A stretch of 64,000 nt of DNA from Anaerolineales bacterium (GTDB lineage Bacteria; Chloroflexota; Anaerolineae; Anaerolineales; UBA11579), in the NCBI GenBank assembly GCA_026129255.1, contig JAHCIJ010000002.1:125799-189798 (forward strand). The letters are read 5' to 3'. The notes beneath the pieces are model-generated. The model was not told where the DNA came from and made no database searches. It was given only the letters and a program-made list of their open reading frames with translations. The number at the start of each line of letters is the position of its first letter. The stretch's first letter is position 1. The translations under genes were made by a program, and so were the position numbers. Below are positions 63,739 through 64,000 of the stretch, piece after piece.

Positions 63739-63955
63739 TAGGAAATCCTGATGATTGACACGGCGTACGCCCATGGTGCCTGTAGGAATCTTGATGATTG
63801 ACAGAGCGTACGCCCAACGTTCCCTAGGAAACCTGATGATTGACAGGGCGCACGCCCCAGGGTGCCTTTAGGAATCTTGATGATTGACAGGGCGAAACGC
63901 CCAACGTCCCCTAGGAAACCTGATGATTGACAACGCGTACTATTCCTCTTAGACT
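63739..63955. repeat. tandem repeat: five 42-44-nt units alternating between two subtypes (about 2.5 copies of an ~86-nt unit)
   Basis: Units start at 63739, 63783, 63825, 63869 and 63912. Each has the form TAGGAAwCyTGATGATTGACA-sr-GCGyACGCCC... Odd and even units form two subtypes. Confidence 0.85.
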
Positions 63956-64000
63956 GCATTCACTTTTTTCATAAGGAGATCAGGGCTGATGCAGTGGAGG

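Noticed and set aside
63739-63955. Possible CRISPR array (regularly spaced ~22-nt conserved cores)
   Set aside because: The segments between the cores are themselves conserved and alternate between two subtypes. This is a tandem repeat, not repeats separated by unique spacers. No cas genes are present in the window.
63714-63959. 81-aa minus-strand ORF with repeated CQSSGFLG peptide
   Set aside because: The periodic peptide is a by-product of translating the 42-44-nt tandem DNA repeat. There is no SD sequence, and the unit lengths (42, 43 and 44 nt) are not consistently multiples of three, so frame conservation is accidental.

Overview
High-GC bacterial chromosomal segment. Gene content and architecture look Chloroflexota-like (Anaerolineae type), but that is inference only. 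I call about 66 protein genes, almost all housekeeping. They include: thiolase/hbd, gatB, rplU-rpmA-rpmE, tdk, hpt, cca, alr, lspA, rluD, ltaE, two nucleoside phosphorylases, ftsK, lgt, tyrS, an fhaA-fhaB-mtnP-SEDS/PBP operon, an acd-etfBA operon, HIT-yqeY-7TM/HD-ybeY, phnDCE, folC, coaD-recG, DegV-DAK2-Asp23, rpe, PadR and a Ser/Thr kinase. I saw no rRNA, intact tRNA, CRISPR array, transposase or integrase. The main unexplained signal is non-coding. Nearly every long intergenic gap is filled with short hairpin repeats of the form GTC-[5-nt stem]-GAGCG...GCGA-[complementary 5-nt stem]-CC. These fall into at least six subfamilies whose stems co-vary. Two small AT-richer GIY-YIG nuclease genes each sit between inverted copies of a different subfamily. 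I interpret this as a REPtron-like selfish system driven by a GIY-YIG nuclease (hypothesis). Other items worth a second look: a class of imperfect palindromes built from 8-nt-phased TTGGTCG/TTAGTCG words; a 2.5x tandem ~86-bp repeat in a divergent promoter region; a SEDS polymerase fused to a PBP domain that has lost all three catalytic motifs; a terminator plus Tyr-codon mini-ORF in front of tyrS; a duplicated GNAT tail carrying an in-frame double hairpin; and ribosomal proteins L21 and L31 with unusual C-terminal extensions. Many long antisense shadow ORFs in the ORF track were rejected.
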